A stretch of DNA of 64,000 nucleotides from Pseudomonadota bacterium (GCA_027624175.1 JAQBXT010000003.1:1162-65161); one strand, 5' to 3'. Positions 21,512 to 34,948 are shown, counted from the stretch's first letter. Program-made: numbers and translations. The notes: a model not told the origin generated them from the sequence alone.

Positions 21512-24079
21512 ATGAACGCCGCACCGGTGCCGGCCGGCGAGTGGCGCGAGTCGCTGCTGGCCGGTCGACGTGCCTTGCGCGACGACTACCAGCGCAATCC
21601 ATCTCCCGCGCAACTGCTGCGCGGGCATACGCGGCTCATCGACCGCGTCCTGCGCCGCCTGTGGCGGGTTCTGCAGCCCTCTTCCCGCGCCGCCCTGGTC
21701 GCCACCGGCGGGTACGGCCGGGGCGAACTGTTCCCCAGCTCCGACGTCGACGTTTTGGTGCTGCTGGCGCGCGACCCGAGTGCCGCCGAACGCGAGCGTC
21801 TGGAACGCCTGGTCGGGATATTCTGGGACATTGGCCTGGAAGTGGGGCACAGCGTGCGCACCGTGCGCGGCTGCGTGGACGCCGCGGCGGGCGACGTCAC
21901 CATCCAGACCAACTTGCTCGAGGCCCGACACCTGGCGGGCAGCCGCGCGCTGTTCGACAAACTGACGTTCGCCATGCGTCGCGGCCTGGACGTCCCCGGC
22001 TTCTTCAAAGGCAAGACGCTGGAACAGGAGCAACGCCACGCCAAGCACCAGGACACGGCCTACGCCCTGGAACCCAACCTGAAGGAGGCGCCCGGGGGGC
22101 TGCGCGATCTGCAGACCATCCAATGGATTGCGCGCGCCTGCGGCTTGGGCTGGCGCTGGCGCGAATTGCAGCGCCAGGGATTGCTGCTGCCTGCGGAGGC
22201 GGCGCAGCTTGCCCGCCACGAAGCGCTGCTGCACGACCTGCGCATCCGCCTGCACTATCTCGCCGGGCGGCGGGAAGATCGGATCGTGTTCGATTATCAG
22301 GGCGCGCTCGCGGCGCAATGCGGCTGCCGCGGCTCGCCTGCGCGGCGCGCGAGCGAGCAGCTGATGCAGCGCTACTACACGACGGCCAAGGGCGTCACGC
22401 AGCTCAATACCATCCTGTTGCAGAACCTGGAAGCCAGAGTGCTGCCGCAGCAGGACCTGGTGACGCGTCCCCTGAACGAGCGCTTCCAGGTGCGCGGCGA
22501 GCGCCTTGACGCCTGCCGCGAGGATCTGTTCGAGCGCGAGCCGCGCTCGATCCTCGAGTCTTTTCTGCTCCTGCAGCAGCACCAGGAACTGCGCGGCATG
22601 ACCGCGCCGACCCTGCGCGCCCTGTGGCGCGCGCGTGTACGGGTCGACGCGAAACTGCGGCGCGATGCGGTGGCAAAGCTCATGTTCCTGCAGATGCTGC
22701 AGCAGCCCCGCGGCATCGTGCACGAATTCCGCCGCATGAATCAATATGGCGTCCTCGGGGGCTACCTGCCGGAGTTCGGCCGCATCGTCGGCCAGATGCA
22801 GCACGACCTGTTCCACGTCTACACCGTGGACCAGCACATCCTGATGGTGCTGCGCAATCTGCGGCGCTTCAGCATGCCGGAATTCGCGCACGAATTCCCC
22901 TTGTGCAGCCAGCTGATGAGCGGATTCGAGCGGCGCTGGCTGCTGTACGTTGCGGCCCTGTATCACGATATTGCCAAAGGCCGCGGCGGAGACCACTCCG
23001 AACTCGGCGCGCGGGACGTGCGCGCCTTCTGCCGCCGGCACGGCCTGGCGTGCGAAGACGGAGAGCTCGCCGGTTTTCTGGTCGAGCACCACCTGAGCAT
23101 GTCGGGCACGGCGCAAAAGGAGGACATCCACGACCCCGATGTGGTGCGCGCTTTTGCACGCAAGGTGGGTAGTGAACGCCGCCTGGTCGCGCTGTATCTG
23201 CTCACCGTGGCTGACGTGCGGGGCACCAGCCCCAAGGTGTGGAATGCGTGGAAAGCGAAACTGCTCGAAGACCTGTTTCGCGCCACGCGCCGCCAATTGA
23301 CGGGCAAGGTGCCCGCACTCGATGCCGCGCTGGCCGAAAAGCAGGCCGATGCGGCGCGGCGGCTGAAACTCTACGCGCTGTCGGACAGCGTCCAGGACCA
23401 GTTCTGGGCGCAGCTGGACACGCCTTACTTCCTGCGCCACGACGCGCAGGAGATCGCCTGGCAGACCCGCAGCCTGCACTATCGGGTCAATTCACCGGTG
23501 CCGGTGGTCAAGGCGCGACTCGCCCCGATCGGCGAGGGATTGCAGGTCATGATCTACACGCACGACCGCGAAGCGCTGTTCGCCCGCATCTGCGGTTATT
23601 TCGAGCGCACCGGCTTCACGATCGTCGAAGCCAAGATCCACACCACCCGGCACGGCTATGCCCTGGATACGTTCCTGATCCTGGGCCAGGGTCCGGGCGC
23701 GCATTACCGGGACCTGATCGGGTTTATTGAAACGCAATTGCCCCGGGAGCTCGAGTCCCGGGAACCGCTGCCGCCGCCGCGCGGCGGCAGGCTGTCGCGG
23801 CGCGTGCGCCACTTCCCCATCTCTCCGGTGGTCAACCTGCGCCCCGACGAGCGAGGCGTCTACCAGGTGCTGTCGATCGTTGCAGCGGACCGGCCGGGTC
23901 TGCTGTACGGCGTCGCGCGCACCCTGGCCCGGCACCAGGTCAGCCTGCACACGGCGAAGATCAACACGCTGGGAGATCGCGCCGAGGACGTATTCCTGGT
24001 ATCGGGAGAGGTCCTGTCGGACCAAAAGCAGGTGCTGCAACTGGAGCGTGAGCTGGCCCGGGACCTGGAAGTGCGCTAG
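21512..24079 (+). CDS. glnD: Bifunctional [protein-PII] uridylyltransferase/uridylyl-removing enzyme
   Basis: ATG 21512, ~855 aa. Contains a nucleotidyltransferase region (GGYGRGELFPSSDVDVLVL), an HD domain (LYHDIAKGRGGDHSELG) and two C-terminal ACT domains. Confidence 0.93.
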   Translation: MNAAPVPAGEWRESLLAGRRALRDDYQRNPSPAQLLRGHTRLIDRVLRRLWRVLQPSSRAALVATGGYGRGELFPSSDVDVLVLLARDPSAAERERLERLVGIFWDIGLEVGHSVRTVRGCVDAAAGDVTIQTNLLEARHLAGSRALFDKLTFAMRRGLDVPGFFKGKTLEQEQRHAKHQDTAYALEPNLKEAPGGLRDLQTIQWIARACGLGWRWRELQRQGLLLPAEAAQLARHEALLHDLRIRLHYLAGRREDRIVFDYQGALAAQCGCRGSPARRASEQLMQRYYTTAKGVTQLNTILLQNLEARVLPQQDLVTRPLNERFQVRGERLDACREDLFEREPRSILESFLLLQQHQELRGMTAPTLRALWRARVRVDAKLRRDAVAKLMFLQMLQQPRGIVHEFRRMNQYGVLGGYLPEFGRIVGQMQHDLFHVYTVDQHILMVLRNLRRFSMPEFAHEFPLCSQLMSGFERRWLLYVAALYHDIAKGRGGDHSELGARDVRAFCRRHGLACEDGELAGFLVEHHLSMSGTAQKEDIHDPDVVRAFARKVGSERRLVALYLLTVADVRGTSPKVWNAWKAKLLEDLFRATRRQLTGKVPALDAALAEKQADAARRLKLYALSDSVQDQFWAQLDTPYFLRHDAQEIAWQTRSLHYRVNSPVPVVKARLAPIGEGLQVMIYTHDREALFARICGYFERTGFTIVEAKIHTTRHGYALDTFLILGQGPGAHYRDLIGFIETQLPRELESREPLPPPRGGRLSRRVRHFPISPVVNLRPDERGVYQVLSIVAADRPGLLYGVARTLARHQVSLHTAKINTLGDRAEDVFLVSGEVLSDQKQVLQLERELARDLEVR

Positions 24080-24082
24080 CGC

Positions 24083-24616
24083 TCAGTCCTCCGGCGGCAG
24101 ATCCTGCCCGGGAAACAGCGCCTCGATGAACCCGAATTTCGTCAGATCGCGGATGCGCATCGGATACAGGATGCCGTCCAGGTGGTCGCACTCGTGCTGC
24201 ACGACACGCGCATGGAATCCTTGCACCGTGCGCTCGAAGCGGAGCCCCTGCTCGTCGCAGCCCGAATAGCGCAGGTGCCGGTGGCGCGGCACGGCGCCGC
24301 GCATGCCGGGCACCGAGAGACAACCTTCCCAATCCTCCTCCAGTTCCGCACCGATCGGCTCGAGGACCGGATTGATCAGCACGGTATCGGGAATCTCCTC
24401 GACCTGCGGGTAGCGCGGGTTGGATCTCACGCCGAAGATCACCACGCGCAGGCCAACGCCGATCTGCGGCGCCGCCAGCCCGGCCCCGTTCAACTGCGCC
24501 ATGGTGTCGCGCAGGTCGCCGAGCAGCGCCGCCAGTTCCGGCGTGGCGAAGCGTTCGACCGGCTCGGCCACGGCGAGCAGCCGGGCATCGCCCATCCTGA
24601 GCACTTCGCGAATCAC
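24083..24616 (-). CDS. def: Peptide deformylase
   Basis: GTG 24616 overlaps the stop of the upstream gene (GTGA); [14 protein letters not shown] ... GLAAPQIG ... EGCLSVPG ... QHECDHLDG. Confidence 0.92.
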   Translation of the reverse strand: MIREVLRMGDARLLAVAEPVERFATPELAALLGDLRDTMAQLNGAGLAAPQIGVGLRVVIFGVRSNPRYPQVEEIPDTVLINPVLEPIGAELEEDWEGCLSVPGMRGAVPRHRHLRYSGCDEQGLRFERTVQGFHARVVQHECDHLDGILYPMRIRDLTKFGFIEALFPGQDLPPED

Positions 24617-25350
24617 GCCGCCACCAGTTGCTCGATGATGCGTCGCACGCGCCCCATGGCCTCGGCGAGTACCGCTTCGATGCGTCCCATCGGAATGGCA
24701 TGCTCGCTTTCGCCACGCCCGGCGGCGAAATTCACGCTTACCGCGACTGCCGCGTAGTCCAGGTCCAGCTCGCGCGCCAGCGCGGCCTCCGGCATCCCGG
24801 TCATGCCGACGATGTCGGCGCCGTCGCGCTCCAGGCGATTGATCTCGGCCGCGCTCTCCAGCCGCGGCCCCTGCGTGGCGGCATACACGCCGCCGTCGAT
24901 GATGTGCTCCCCGCACTCCTGCGCCGCGGCAAGGATGCGCTGGCGCAGGGCCGGCGTGTACGGCTCGGTGAAATCGATGTGCGTGACTGGCGCGCCGGCG
25001 CCCTCGAAGTAGGTGCCGCGCCGTCCCCAGGTGTAGTCGATGATCTGGTCGGGCACCAGCAGCACGCCCGGCCCCAGGTCGCCACGGATGCCGCCCACGG
25101 AAGCGACCGACACCACACCCTCCACCTGTTGCTCCTTCAGCGCCCACAGGTTGGCACGGTAATTGACTTCGTGCGGCGGCACCGTGTGGCCGTAGCCGTG
25201 GCGCGCCAGGAACACCAGGCTCTTGCCGCGGATGCGACCGAAGGTCAGCGCACCCGACGGCTCGCCGTACGGCGTGCGCACCACTTTGCGCTGTGTGACT
25301 TCGAGGGTGGCGAGCTGCGACAGGCCGCTGCCGCCGATGACTGCGAGCAT
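24613..25350 (-). CDS. S-methyl-5'-thioinosine / methylthioadenosine phosphorylase family
   Basis: 245 aa; [13 protein letters not shown] ... FLARHG ... [13 protein letters not shown] ... GPRLESAAE ... VGMTGMPEA. Confidence 0.85.
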   Translation of the reverse strand: MLAVIGGSGLSQLATLEVTQRKVVRTPYGEPSGALTFGRIRGKSLVFLARHGYGHTVPPHEVNYRANLWALKEQQVEGVVSVASVGGIRGDLGPGVLLVPDQIIDYTWGRRGTYFEGAGAPVTHIDFTEPYTPALRQRILAAAQECGEHIIDGGVYAATQGPRLESAAEINRLERDGADIVGMTGMPEAALARELDLDYAAVAVSVNFAAGRGESEHAIPMGRIEAVLAEAMGRVRRIIEQLVAA

Positions 25351-25898
25351 CAGGGTTCCTTGAGGGCGCGAATTTCAGGCAGGTTGCGCCAAAAGCCCTT
25401 GGCATCCATGCCGAAGCCGAACACGAAACGATCGGGAATGCGCAGGCCGACGAAATCGGCGGCGATCGGTTTTTCCTTGCCGAGCATTTTTTCCACCAGC
25501 ACCGCGCACAGCACCTGCTGCGCACCCTGCGTCAGCAGCTGGTTGCAGATCGCGTGCAGCGTTTGGCCGCCATCCAGGATGTCGTCGAGAACCAGGATCG
25601 TGCGCCCGCGCACGCCTTCCGTGGGACGTACGCGCCAGGCAATGCCGCCGCCCGTGGTCGCAGAACCGTAGCGCGTGGCGTGCACGTAATCGAGATCGAG
25701 CGGGAATTGCAGCCGCGGCAGCAGCTGCCCGGCGAATACCACCGCTCCGCTCATCACCACCAGCACCAGCGGATAGCTGCCGCGCAGGCGTGCGCTGATC
25801 TCGCCCGCCAGCCGCGCCATCGCGCCCTGGATCGCGCCCTCGTCGCAGACCAGGTCGGAGTTCTCCAGGAATGCCCGGGCGCGGTCCAGGTCAGGCAT
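25350..25898 (-). CDS. hpt: Hypoxanthine-guanine phosphoribosyltransferase
   Basis: ATG 25898; PRPP motif [14 protein letters not shown] ... [20 protein letters not shown] 1-nt TGATG overlap with the downstream phosphorylase gene. Confidence 0.85.
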   Translation of the reverse strand: MPDLDRARAFLENSDLVCDEGAIQGAMARLAGEISARLRGSYPLVLVVMSGAVVFAGQLLPRLQFPLDLDYVHATRYGSATTGGGIAWRVRPTEGVRGRTILVLDDILDGGQTLHAICNQLLTQGAQQVLCAVLVEKMLGKEKPIAADFVGLRIPDRFVFGFGMDAKGFWRNLPEIRALKEP

Positions 25899-26766
25899 CG
25901 CGCCGCCCGGCGAGATAGCGCGCGAACGCCGCGCCGACTTCGCCATGCTTCAGCCCGAGCTCGACGGTGGCCTGCAGGTAGCCCAGCTTGGAGCCGCAGT
26001 CATAGCGCTTGCCGCTGAAGCGATACGCCAGGACGCGTTCCTCCGCCAGCAGCGCGGAGATCGCGTCGGTCAGCTGGATTTCTCCGCCGCTGCCCGGTTT
26101 TACGGTCGCCAGCTTGTCGAACACGCGCGGCGTCAGCACATAGCGCCCGACAACAGCAAGGGTCGAGGGCGCCACCTCGGGCTTCGGTTTCTCGATGATG
26201 GCGCGGATCGCGCTCAACCCGGCGCCGGGACGCTCCGGGCTGACGATGCCGTAGCTGGCCGTGTTCTCGCGGGCGATCTCCTCGACGCCGAGGATCGAAC
26301 TGCCTTCGACGGCGAAATGCTGCGCCATCTGCGCGATCACCGGCGGCTGCGCGTCGATCAGGTCGTCGGCCAGCAGCACGGCAAAGGGTTCGTCGCCGAC
26401 CACCGGCTGGGCGCACAGCACGGCGTGGCCCAGCCCAAGCTGCTCGGGCTGCCGAATGTAGATGCAGCGGCAACCAGCGGGCAGGACACTCTGTACCACC
26501 TCGAGCAGGTCGCGCTTACCGTTGGCCTCGAGGTCGGACTCGATCTCATAAGCCTTGTCGAAGTGGTCCTCGATGGCGCGCTTGTTGCGGCCCGTAATGA
26601 AGATCAGGTCGGTGATTCCGGCCGCGGCCGCCTCCTCCACCGCGTACTGGATCAGCGGCTTGTCCACGATCGGCAGCATTTCCTTCGGGCTCGCCTTGGT
26701 GGCGGGCAGGAAGCGCCTGCCGAAGCCGGCGACCGGGAAGACCGCTTTGCGCAAAGGGCGTGGCAT
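25891..26766 (-). CDS. galU: UTP--glucose-1-phosphate uridylyltransferase
   Basis: [40 protein letters not shown]... Confidence 0.95.
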   Translation of the reverse strand: MPRPLRKAVFPVAGFGRRFLPATKASPKEMLPIVDKPLIQYAVEEAAAAGITDLIFITGRNKRAIEDHFDKAYEIESDLEANGKRDLLEVVQSVLPAGCRCIYIRQPEQLGLGHAVLCAQPVVGDEPFAVLLADDLIDAQPPVIAQMAQHFAVEGSSILGVEEIARENTASYGIVSPERPGAGLSAIRAIIEKPKPEVAPSTLAVVGRYVLTPRVFDKLATVKPGSGGEIQLTDAISALLAEERVLAYRFSGKRYDCGSKLGYLQATVELGLKHGEVGAAFARYLAGRRDA

Positions 26767-26771
26767 CGGTG

Positions 26772-28874
<2,103 letters not shown>

Positions 28875-29795
28875 TTAAGCAAACAGGCGCAGCGCCGCGG
28901 CGCTGCCGGGCTCGATGCCGCGCGCCTCCAGAGTGCCGTGCACCGCATCGAGCTGCACGCCGATTGCCGCTAGCGCGCGCTCGTCGAGCGGCTGGCCGTT
29001 GTCGTCCACCACCATGCCGCCGAGCGAGACGCAGAGGCCGCGCGCGTGCAGCACCATGGCGTCATAGCTGCGGCGCATATCCGGCGTGCGCGCCACGTCC
29101 AGGGACAACACGACACCGCCATCGTCCCTGCGGCTGACGCCAAATGCGCCGTCCGCATCCGTGGGCACATCCGCGGCAAACGCCCCGCCGGGTTGCGGCA
29201 CTACGTGCAGCACCACCTGGATGTCCGCATCCGCGCACAGCCGATCCAGATCGCGGGCCACTTCGACGGCCCGCTTGATCTCGGGGGCCGCGACACTGCC
29301 GCCGACCTGTGAGGCGAGGGTATCCACGGCCGTGCGGAACTCGATCAGCTCAGCCTCGCCCACCGGGCCGGCGCGGCTGGCCAACTGCAGCGCGGCCCGC
29401 ACGGCGGCGCAGCTGCCGGCGGCAGCAAGCGGGCGCCACGCAACCCGGTCCGGGCTGACCGCGAGCAAAGCACGCCCGGCAAAGCGGCGCTCGTACGGTG
29501 CCCAACGCTCCGCCACCTCGGCGGCCGAAACCATTTGGCGCAAGGAAAGTTCAATGATGTAGTCCAGGCGCTCGTCGGGTATCGCCGCCTCCTGGAGTGC
29601 AGTGCGGCGCGGCGCGCCATCGAACGTGGGCTCATGGCGTTGCGCGGCGCCTTCCATCAGCACGTCCTCGTGCCCCGAGCGAAAGGCACGCTCGGCCGAG
29701 CGCCGCGCCCGCCGCTCCTGCGCCACGTTGTAGCCGAGGATGCCGACCACCACCAGCACGCCAACCGCCAACAGGCCGATCTGCAGGTCGCTCAT
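28875..29795 (-). CDS. zipA: Cell division protein ZipA
   Basis: N-terminal TM helix (LQIGLLAVGVLVVVGILGY), a charged linker and a C-terminal ZipA-type domain. Conserved smc-zipA-ligA order. Confidence 0.75.
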   Translation of the reverse strand: MSDLQIGLLAVGVLVVVGILGYNVAQERRARRSAERAFRSGHEDVLMEGAAQRHEPTFDGAPRRTALQEAAIPDERLDYIIELSLRQMVSAAEVAERWAPYERRFAGRALLAVSPDRVAWRPLAAAGSCAAVRAALQLASRAGPVGEAELIEFRTAVDTLASQVGGSVAAPEIKRAVEVARDLDRLCADADIQVVLHVVPQPGGAFAADVPTDADGAFGVSRRDDGGVVLSLDVARTPDMRRSYDAMVLHARGLCVSLGGMVVDDNGQPLDERALAAIGVQLDAVHGTLEARGIEPGSAAALRLFA

Positions 29796-29823
29796 GGCCA
29801 GGCCTGCGGCCGGCTCGCCGCGA

Positions 29824-32800
29824 TCAGGCGGCGAGCTCCTCCCGGATACGCAGCGCCTCGTCGATATCCACAGCCACCACGCGCGAAACGCCGGATTCGG
29901 GCATCGTCACGCCGATCAGCTGCGCGGCCATTTCCATGGTGATCTTGTTGTGGCTGATGAACAGGAACTGCGTTTGCGCCGACATTTTCCTCACCAGGTC
30001 GCAAAAGCGCAACGTGTTGCTGTCGTCCAGCGGCGCATCGACCTCGTCGAGCAGGCAGAAAGGCGCCGGATTGAGCTGGAACATGGAGAACACCAGGGCA
30101 ATCGCGGTCAGCGCCTTTTCGCCGCCGGACAGCAGGTGGATACTGGTGTTGCGCTTGCCGGGCGGATGCGCCATCACCTGCACGCCCGCATCGAGGATTT
30201 CCTCTCCGGTCATGATGAGCTTGGCCTCCCCGCCCCCGAACAGCACCGGGAACAGCGCGCCGAAATGCCGGTTCACGCTCTCGAAGGTCTCGCGCAGCAG
30301 CTCACGCGTCTCGCGGTCGATGCGCCGGATCGCGTCCTCCAGCGTGCGCACGGCCTCGTCCAGATCGGCGGTCTGCGCATCGAGATAACTCTTGCGCTCC
30401 TGGCTGGTCCTGAGCTCCTCCAGCGCCGCGAGGTTGACTGCACCCAGTTCGCCGATCGCCTGCGTGATGCGGGTGGTCTCGCCCTGCAGCGACGCGGGGC
30501 GTGGCGCGCGCTCGGCCTCCGCAGCCAGCCGCGCCTCGTCCGCGCCGGCCTCGCTCAACTGTCCCGCGTGCTGGTCGTGGATCATCTGCGCCGCCTGCTC
30601 CTTGAGACGCAGCTCGTTGATGCGCTCGCGCAGGGGCGCAAGGCGGGCCTCGACGTGCAGCCGCTCTTCCTCCAGCGCGCGCAGCGCAAGCGCCGCCGCC
30701 TCGACTGCGTTGCGCGCTTCGGCGAGCACCTTCTCGCGCGTGATGCGCCCTTCGACCGCGGCGTCCAGCGACGCGCGCACTGCGGGCACGAGATCCACGG
30801 CAAGCTCTTCGGTGAGCTTCGCGATTTCGCTTTCAGCGCGCTCGATCTGTTGATCGATGAGGCGTACCGAGCTGTCGATTTCGGCGATTTTCGACGCACA
30901 TTCGCGCTCCCCGAACACCGCGTCCTGCGCATCGCGCTCGGCCTGCTGCACCGCGAGGCGCTGCGCCGCGAGCGCGCTCTCGGCCTGGACGTGCGTAGCG
31001 CGTACCGACTCCAGTTGCGCGCGCGCCGCGGCGATCTCCGCCGCCGCGCGGGCCATGCCCTGGGCGCACTCCGCGCGCCGCGCTGCATCGCGCTGGATCT
31101 CGCCGGCGATCTCCGCCAGCTCCTCGTCGATCTGCCCGCTGCGCTCGCGGAAGCGTTCCTGCGCCTGCTGCAGCTTGAGCAGTTCGATCTGCGCATCGTG
31201 GCGCAGCTGCTGCTGCGCCGCCAGTGCGTCGCGCGCGCGCTCCAGCTCGTTGTGGCGCGATTGCAGCGACGTAGCAGCCTGTTCGCTGCGCAGCCGCACT
31301 GCGGCCACACGCTCCGCCAGGGCGGCCACTTTCGCCTGCAGCGATTCGATCTCCGCCTGGCGTGCAAGCAGGCCGGCGTCCGCCGGATCCGGTGCGTGAA
31401 ACGCCACGGTATGGCGCGTGAACTGATGGCCCTCGCGGTTCACCAGCAGCGCTCCCGCCGGCAGCCGGTCGCGCTCATCCGCACTCGGCGCGCCCTCGCA
31501 GACATAGGTGTGTGAAAACCAGTCTGCGAGCGCGCCGCCGAGCTCCGGCCGGTTGGCGTGCACCTTGGTGGCGAGGGTTGCGTGGCCCGCGAGCGCTGCG
31601 CCGGCCGATGCCATGCTATGGCGGAACACGCCGGCCTTAACCGGCGGGACGTCCGCCACCACGGCGTCGAGCCGCGAACCATCGGCGAGATCGAGCGCAT
31701 GCAGGCGCTCGCGCAGCACCGATTCGACGGCCACTTCCCATCCGGCCTCGATGCGCACCTGCTGCCAGAAGCGCGGCAGTTCGCTCAGTCCGTGACGCCC
31801 GAGCCAGTCACGCAGCGGCGCATTGTCCTCCGCCGCCGCCTGGATCTGCTCGAGGGTCGCGAGTTGCGCTGCGGCTGCTGCATGGTCCTGCGACGCCGCC
31901 GAAAGATCATCGGCGGCCGCGGCCCTCGCGCCCTCCAGGGAATCGCGCTCCAGTTGCAGCTCGTTGAGGTCCTGCTCGGCGGCCGCCAGGGCCGCGTCAC
32001 GTTCCCCGCGGCGCGCTTCATGGGCGGACAGGGCCGCCGCGTCCGGTTGCGGCAGCGACTGCTGCTCGCCGTGGAGCCGCTCGCGCCGCTGCCCGAGCGT
32101 CTGCAGACCGCGCTCGAGGTGCGCCAGGTTCGATTGCTCGAGCTGCGCTCGGCTGTCCGCGCGCACTTGCTGGCTGCGCCCCTCGTGCAGCTGCTCCTGC
32201 GCGGCGCGGAACGCACGCTCCGCTTCCGGGAGCTTGGCGTTCTCCGCGCCGAGACGTGCCTGCGCTTCGGCCACGCGCCGGCGCGCCTCGTCGGCGCGGC
32301 CGACCCACAGATGCAGCGCCTGGGTCAGTTGCGCGCGCTGCTCACGCCATGAGGCGAGCTGCGTGCGGCGCTCGGCGTGCTGGAACTCCAGGCGCTGGCG
32401 CGTCTCTTCCACATGGCGCAGCTCCGATTCCAGGCGTGCTACCTCCGCATTGGCCTCATACAGCGCCGCCTGCGCCGCGTTCATCGCGTCGCCTGCGCCG
32501 TAGTGCGCGCTGCGTGCCGTCTCGACACGGCTCTCGACCTCCCGCAGCGTGGCGGTGCCGGACTCCAGCTCGAGCGCGTGCCGGGCGATCTCCTGCGCAT
32601 GGCGCTCGCGCTCCGCAGCGGCGTCGCGCCGGCGCAGGAACCACAGCAACTGCTGTTTGAACTGTAATTCGGCCTGCAGCTCCTGGTAGCGCGTGGCGAC
32701 CTTCGCCTGCGCGTCGAGCTTTTCGATCTGCGCCCCCAGCTCGAGCCGGATGTCGGTGACGCGCGCGAGGTTGTCGCGCGTGTCGGACAACCGGTGCTCG

Positions 32801-33339
32801 GTCTCCTTGCGCCGTTCCTTGTAGCGCGAGATGCCCGCGGCCTCCTCGAGGAACACGCGCAACTCGTCGGGCTTGGCCTCGATGACGCGTGAGATCATGC
32901 CCTGCTCGATGATGGCGTAGGCCCGCGGCCCGAGGCCGGTGCCGAGGAAGATGTCCGTGATGTCGCGGCGGCGTACGTGCTGGCCGTTGATGTAGTACGA
33001 CGACTCGCCGTCGCGCTGCAGCACGCGCTTCACCGAGATCTCGGCGTATTGCGACCACTGGCCGCCGGCGCGACCCAGGGAATTGTCGAACATCAGCTCC
33101 ACGCTCGCCCGCGCCAGCGCCTTGCGGTTGCCGGAGCCGTGGAAGATCACATCCTGCATGGAGTCGCCGCGCAGCGCCGAGGCGCGCGACTCCCCCAATA
33201 CCCAGCGTACGGCGTCGATGACGTTCGACTTGCCACAGCCGTTGGGCCCGACCATTCCCACCAGCTGGCCGGGGAAGTGGATCGAGGTCGGGTCGACGAA
33301 GGACTTGAAGCCTGAGAGGCGGATTTGATTGAGTCGCAC
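29824..33339 (-). CDS. smc: Chromosome segregation protein SMC
   Basis: GTG 33339 gives VRLNQIRLSGFKSFVDPTSIHFPGQLVGMVGPNGCGKSNVIDA (Walker A). Long coiled coils, a hinge, the signature LSGGEKALTAIAL and Walker B FCLLDEVDAPLD. The extra upstream 35 codons in the track ORF look non-coding. Confidence 0.93.
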   Translation of the reverse strand: MRLNQIRLSGFKSFVDPTSIHFPGQLVGMVGPNGCGKSNVIDAVRWVLGESRASALRGDSMQDVIFHGSGNRKALARASVELMFDNSLGRAGGQWSQYAEISVKRVLQRDGESSYYINGQHVRRRDITDIFLGTGLGPRAYAIIEQGMISRVIEAKPDELRVFLEEAAGISRYKERRKETEHRLSDTRDNLARVTDIRLELGAQIEKLDAQAKVATRYQELQAELQFKQQLLWFLRRRDAAAERERHAQEIARHALELESGTATLREVESRVETARSAHYGAGDAMNAAQAALYEANAEVARLESELRHVEETRQRLEFQHAERRTQLASWREQRAQLTQALHLWVGRADEARRRVAEAQARLGAENAKLPEAERAFRAAQEQLHEGRSQQVRADSRAQLEQSNLAHLERGLQTLGQRRERLHGEQQSLPQPDAAALSAHEARRGERDAALAAAEQDLNELQLERDSLEGARAAAADDLSAASQDHAAAAAQLATLEQIQAAAEDNAPLRDWLGRHGLSELPRFWQQVRIEAGWEVAVESVLRERLHALDLADGSRLDAVVADVPPVKAGVFRHSMASAGAALAGHATLATKVHANRPELGGALADWFSHTYVCEGAPSADERDRLPAGALLVNREGHQFTRHTVAFHAPDPADAGLLARQAEIESLQAKVAALAERVAAVRLRSEQAATSLQSRHNELERARDALAAQQQLRHDAQIELLKLQQAQERFRERSGQIDEELAEIAGEIQRDAARRAECAQGMARAAAEIAAARAQLESVRATHVQAESALAAQRLAVQQAERDAQDAVFGERECASKIAEIDSSVRLIDQQIERAESEIAKLTEELAVDLVPAVRASLDAAVEGRITREKVLAEARNAVEAAALALRALEEERLHVEARLAPLRERINELRLKEQAAQMIHDQHAGQLSEAGADEARLAAEAERAPRPASLQGETTRITQAIGELGAVNLAALEELRTSQERKSYLDAQTADLDEAVRTLEDAIRRIDRETRELLRETFESVNRHFGALFPVLFGGGEAKLIMTGEEILDAGVQVMAHPPGKRNTSIHLLSGGEKALTAIALVFSMFQLNPAPFCLLDEVDAPLDDSNTLRFCDLVRKMSAQTQFLFISHNKITMEMAAQLIGVTMPESGVSRVVAVDIDEALRIREELAA

Positions 33340-33410
33340 GCAGCGTGTTCTCGTTTTGAAAATGATACCATCTGCGCGCTCGCAATTTGCCGCGCAGCAA
33401 TGCGTTTTCG

Positions 33411-33785
33411 ATGCCCTCGCGTCCCAGCCAGCGCCTGCAGACATTCCGCAACCCGTCGCCGGAGCGCGACTACCGCATCCGCATGGAGATGCCGGAATTC
33501 ACTTGCCTGTGCCCGCTCACCGGGCAGCCGGATTTCGCCCTGCTGGAGCTCGAGTACGTGCCCGACCGGCTGTGCGTGGAGTTGAAGTCGCTCAAGCTCT
33601 ACGTCTGGTCATTCCGCAACCAGGGCGCGTTCCACGAGGCCGTGACCAACCGCATCCTTGACGACCTGGTGCGCGCCGCCCGGCCGCGCTTCATGCGACT
33701 CACGGCGCGCTTCAACGTACGCGGCGGCATCGCCACTGCCATCGTCGCCGAGCACCGCAAGCGCGGCTGGAAACCCGCCGTTTGA
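33411..33785 (+). CDS. queF: NADPH-dependent 7-cyano-7-deazaguanine reductase (small, type I)
   Basis: ATG 33411 gives [43 protein letters not shown] ... [21 protein letters not shown] 33387 is possible but less likely. Confidence 0.88.
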   Translation: MPSRPSQRLQTFRNPSPERDYRIRMEMPEFTCLCPLTGQPDFALLELEYVPDRLCVELKSLKLYVWSFRNQGAFHEAVTNRILDDLVRAARPRFMRLTARFNVRGGIATAIVAEHRKRGWKPAV

Positions 33786-34948
33786 ATCCGCTCCTCGGGC
33801 GCCTGCAGCCCTATCCATTCGAGAGGCTGCGCGCGCTGCTCGCCGGGGTGACGCCGAACCCGGCGCTGCGTCCGATCAATCTGTCGATCGGCGAACCGAA
33901 GCACCCGACGCCCGAACTGGTGAAGGCCGCCCTCGCCGCGTCGCTGGATGGCCTGTCCGCGTACCCCGCCACGGCCGGCACGGCGCCCTTGCGCGAGGCG
34001 ATCGCCGCCTGGCTGGTGCGCCGCCACGCCCTGCAGGCGGTCGATCCCGCCACCGAGGTGCTGCCGGTGAACGGCTCGCGCGAAGCGCTGTTCGCCTTTG
34101 CGCAAACGGTCATCGATCCCGCGGGCGGAACCGCCCGCGTCGCCTGCCCCAATCCCTTCTACCAGATTTACGAGGGCGCCGCGCTGCTCGCCGGCGCGCA
34201 GCCGGTCTACCTCAACGACGGCATGCGCTTCGAAGAACTGGACTGGCGCGGCGTGCAGCTCGCCTACGTGTGCTCGCCGGCCAATCCCACCGGCCGGGTG
34301 CTGCAGATCGAAGACTGGCGGCGGCTGTTCGCCCTCTCGGACCGCCACGGCTTCATCATCGCCTCCGACGAATGCTACTCGGAGCTCTATTACGACGAAT
34401 TGAACCCGCCGCTCGGCGCGCTGCATGCCGCCCAGCAGCTGGGGCGCGCCGGTTATGGGGGCGTGGTGGCCTTTTCCAGCCTGTCCAAGCGTTCCAATGC
34501 TCCCGGCATGCGATCCGGCTTCGTTGCCGGGGACGCCGCGCTCCTGCAGAGATTTCTGCTGTATCGCACCTACCATGGGTCGGCGATGAGCCTGCCCGTG
34601 CAGCAGGCCTCCATTGCCGCATGGCGCGACGAGGAGCACGTGCGCGCCAACCGGCTGCTCTACGCACAGAAATACCGCGCCGTGCTGCCGCTGATTGCGC
34701 CGCCGCTGCGTACGGCAATGCCTGACGGCGGTTTTTACCTGTGGATTAATACCCCCATCGACGACGCGACGTTCGCGCGCGAATTGCAGCGCCAATATAA
34801 TGTTCTTGTGCTGCCGGGAAGTTACCTGGCGCGCGACGCGCACGGTGCGAATCCCGGACGCAACCAGGTGCGCATGGCCCTGGTCGCACCCCTCGCGGAA
34901 TGCGTGGAAGCGGTGCAGCGGCTGGGCGAACTGGCCCGAAGTCTGTAG
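33782..34948 (+). CDS. dapC: Succinyldiaminopimelate transaminase (DapC type)
   Basis: TTG 33782 overlaps the queF stop; [20 protein letters not shown] ... [15 protein letters not shown] (PLP Lys). Sits upstream of dapD. Confidence 0.88.
   Translation: MNPLLGRLQPYPFERLRALLAGVTPNPALRPINLSIGEPKHPTPELVKAALAASLDGLSAYPATAGTAPLREAIAAWLVRRHALQAVDPATEVLPVNGSREALFAFAQTVIDPAGGTARVACPNPFYQIYEGAALLAGAQPVYLNDGMRFEELDWRGVQLAYVCSPANPTGRVLQIEDWRRLFALSDRHGFIIASDECYSELYYDELNPPLGALHAAQQLGRAGYGGVVAFSSLSKRSNAPGMRSGFVAGDAALLQRFLLYRTYHGSAMSLPVQQASIAAWRDEEHVRANRLLYAQKYRAVLPLIAPPLRTAMPDGGFYLWINTPIDDATFARELQRQYNVLVLPGSYLARDAHGANPGRNQVRMALVAPLAECVEAVQRLGELARSL

Noticed and set aside
21467-23479. Long antisense ORFs opposite real genes: 670 aa opposite glnD, plus 15531..17576 (681 aa), 25945..27987 (680 aa), 27078..28973 (631 aa) and 60920..63391 (823 aa).
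   Set aside because: Same reasoning as above. Each fully overlaps a gene with unambiguous family motifs on the other strand, and each has Arg/Ala/Pro/Gly-rich composition and no motifs. Treated as GC-driven shadow ORFs.
33372-33397. A hairpin (CTGCGCG - 12 nt - CGCGCAG) 13 nt upstream of the queF ATG, considered as a possible preQ1 riboswitch.
   Set aside because: The loop and flanks lack the conserved preQ1-I/II features I know of, such as the A-rich 3' tail and conserved loop nucleotides. It could simply be part of the divergent smc/queF promoter region. Not supportable from sequence alone.
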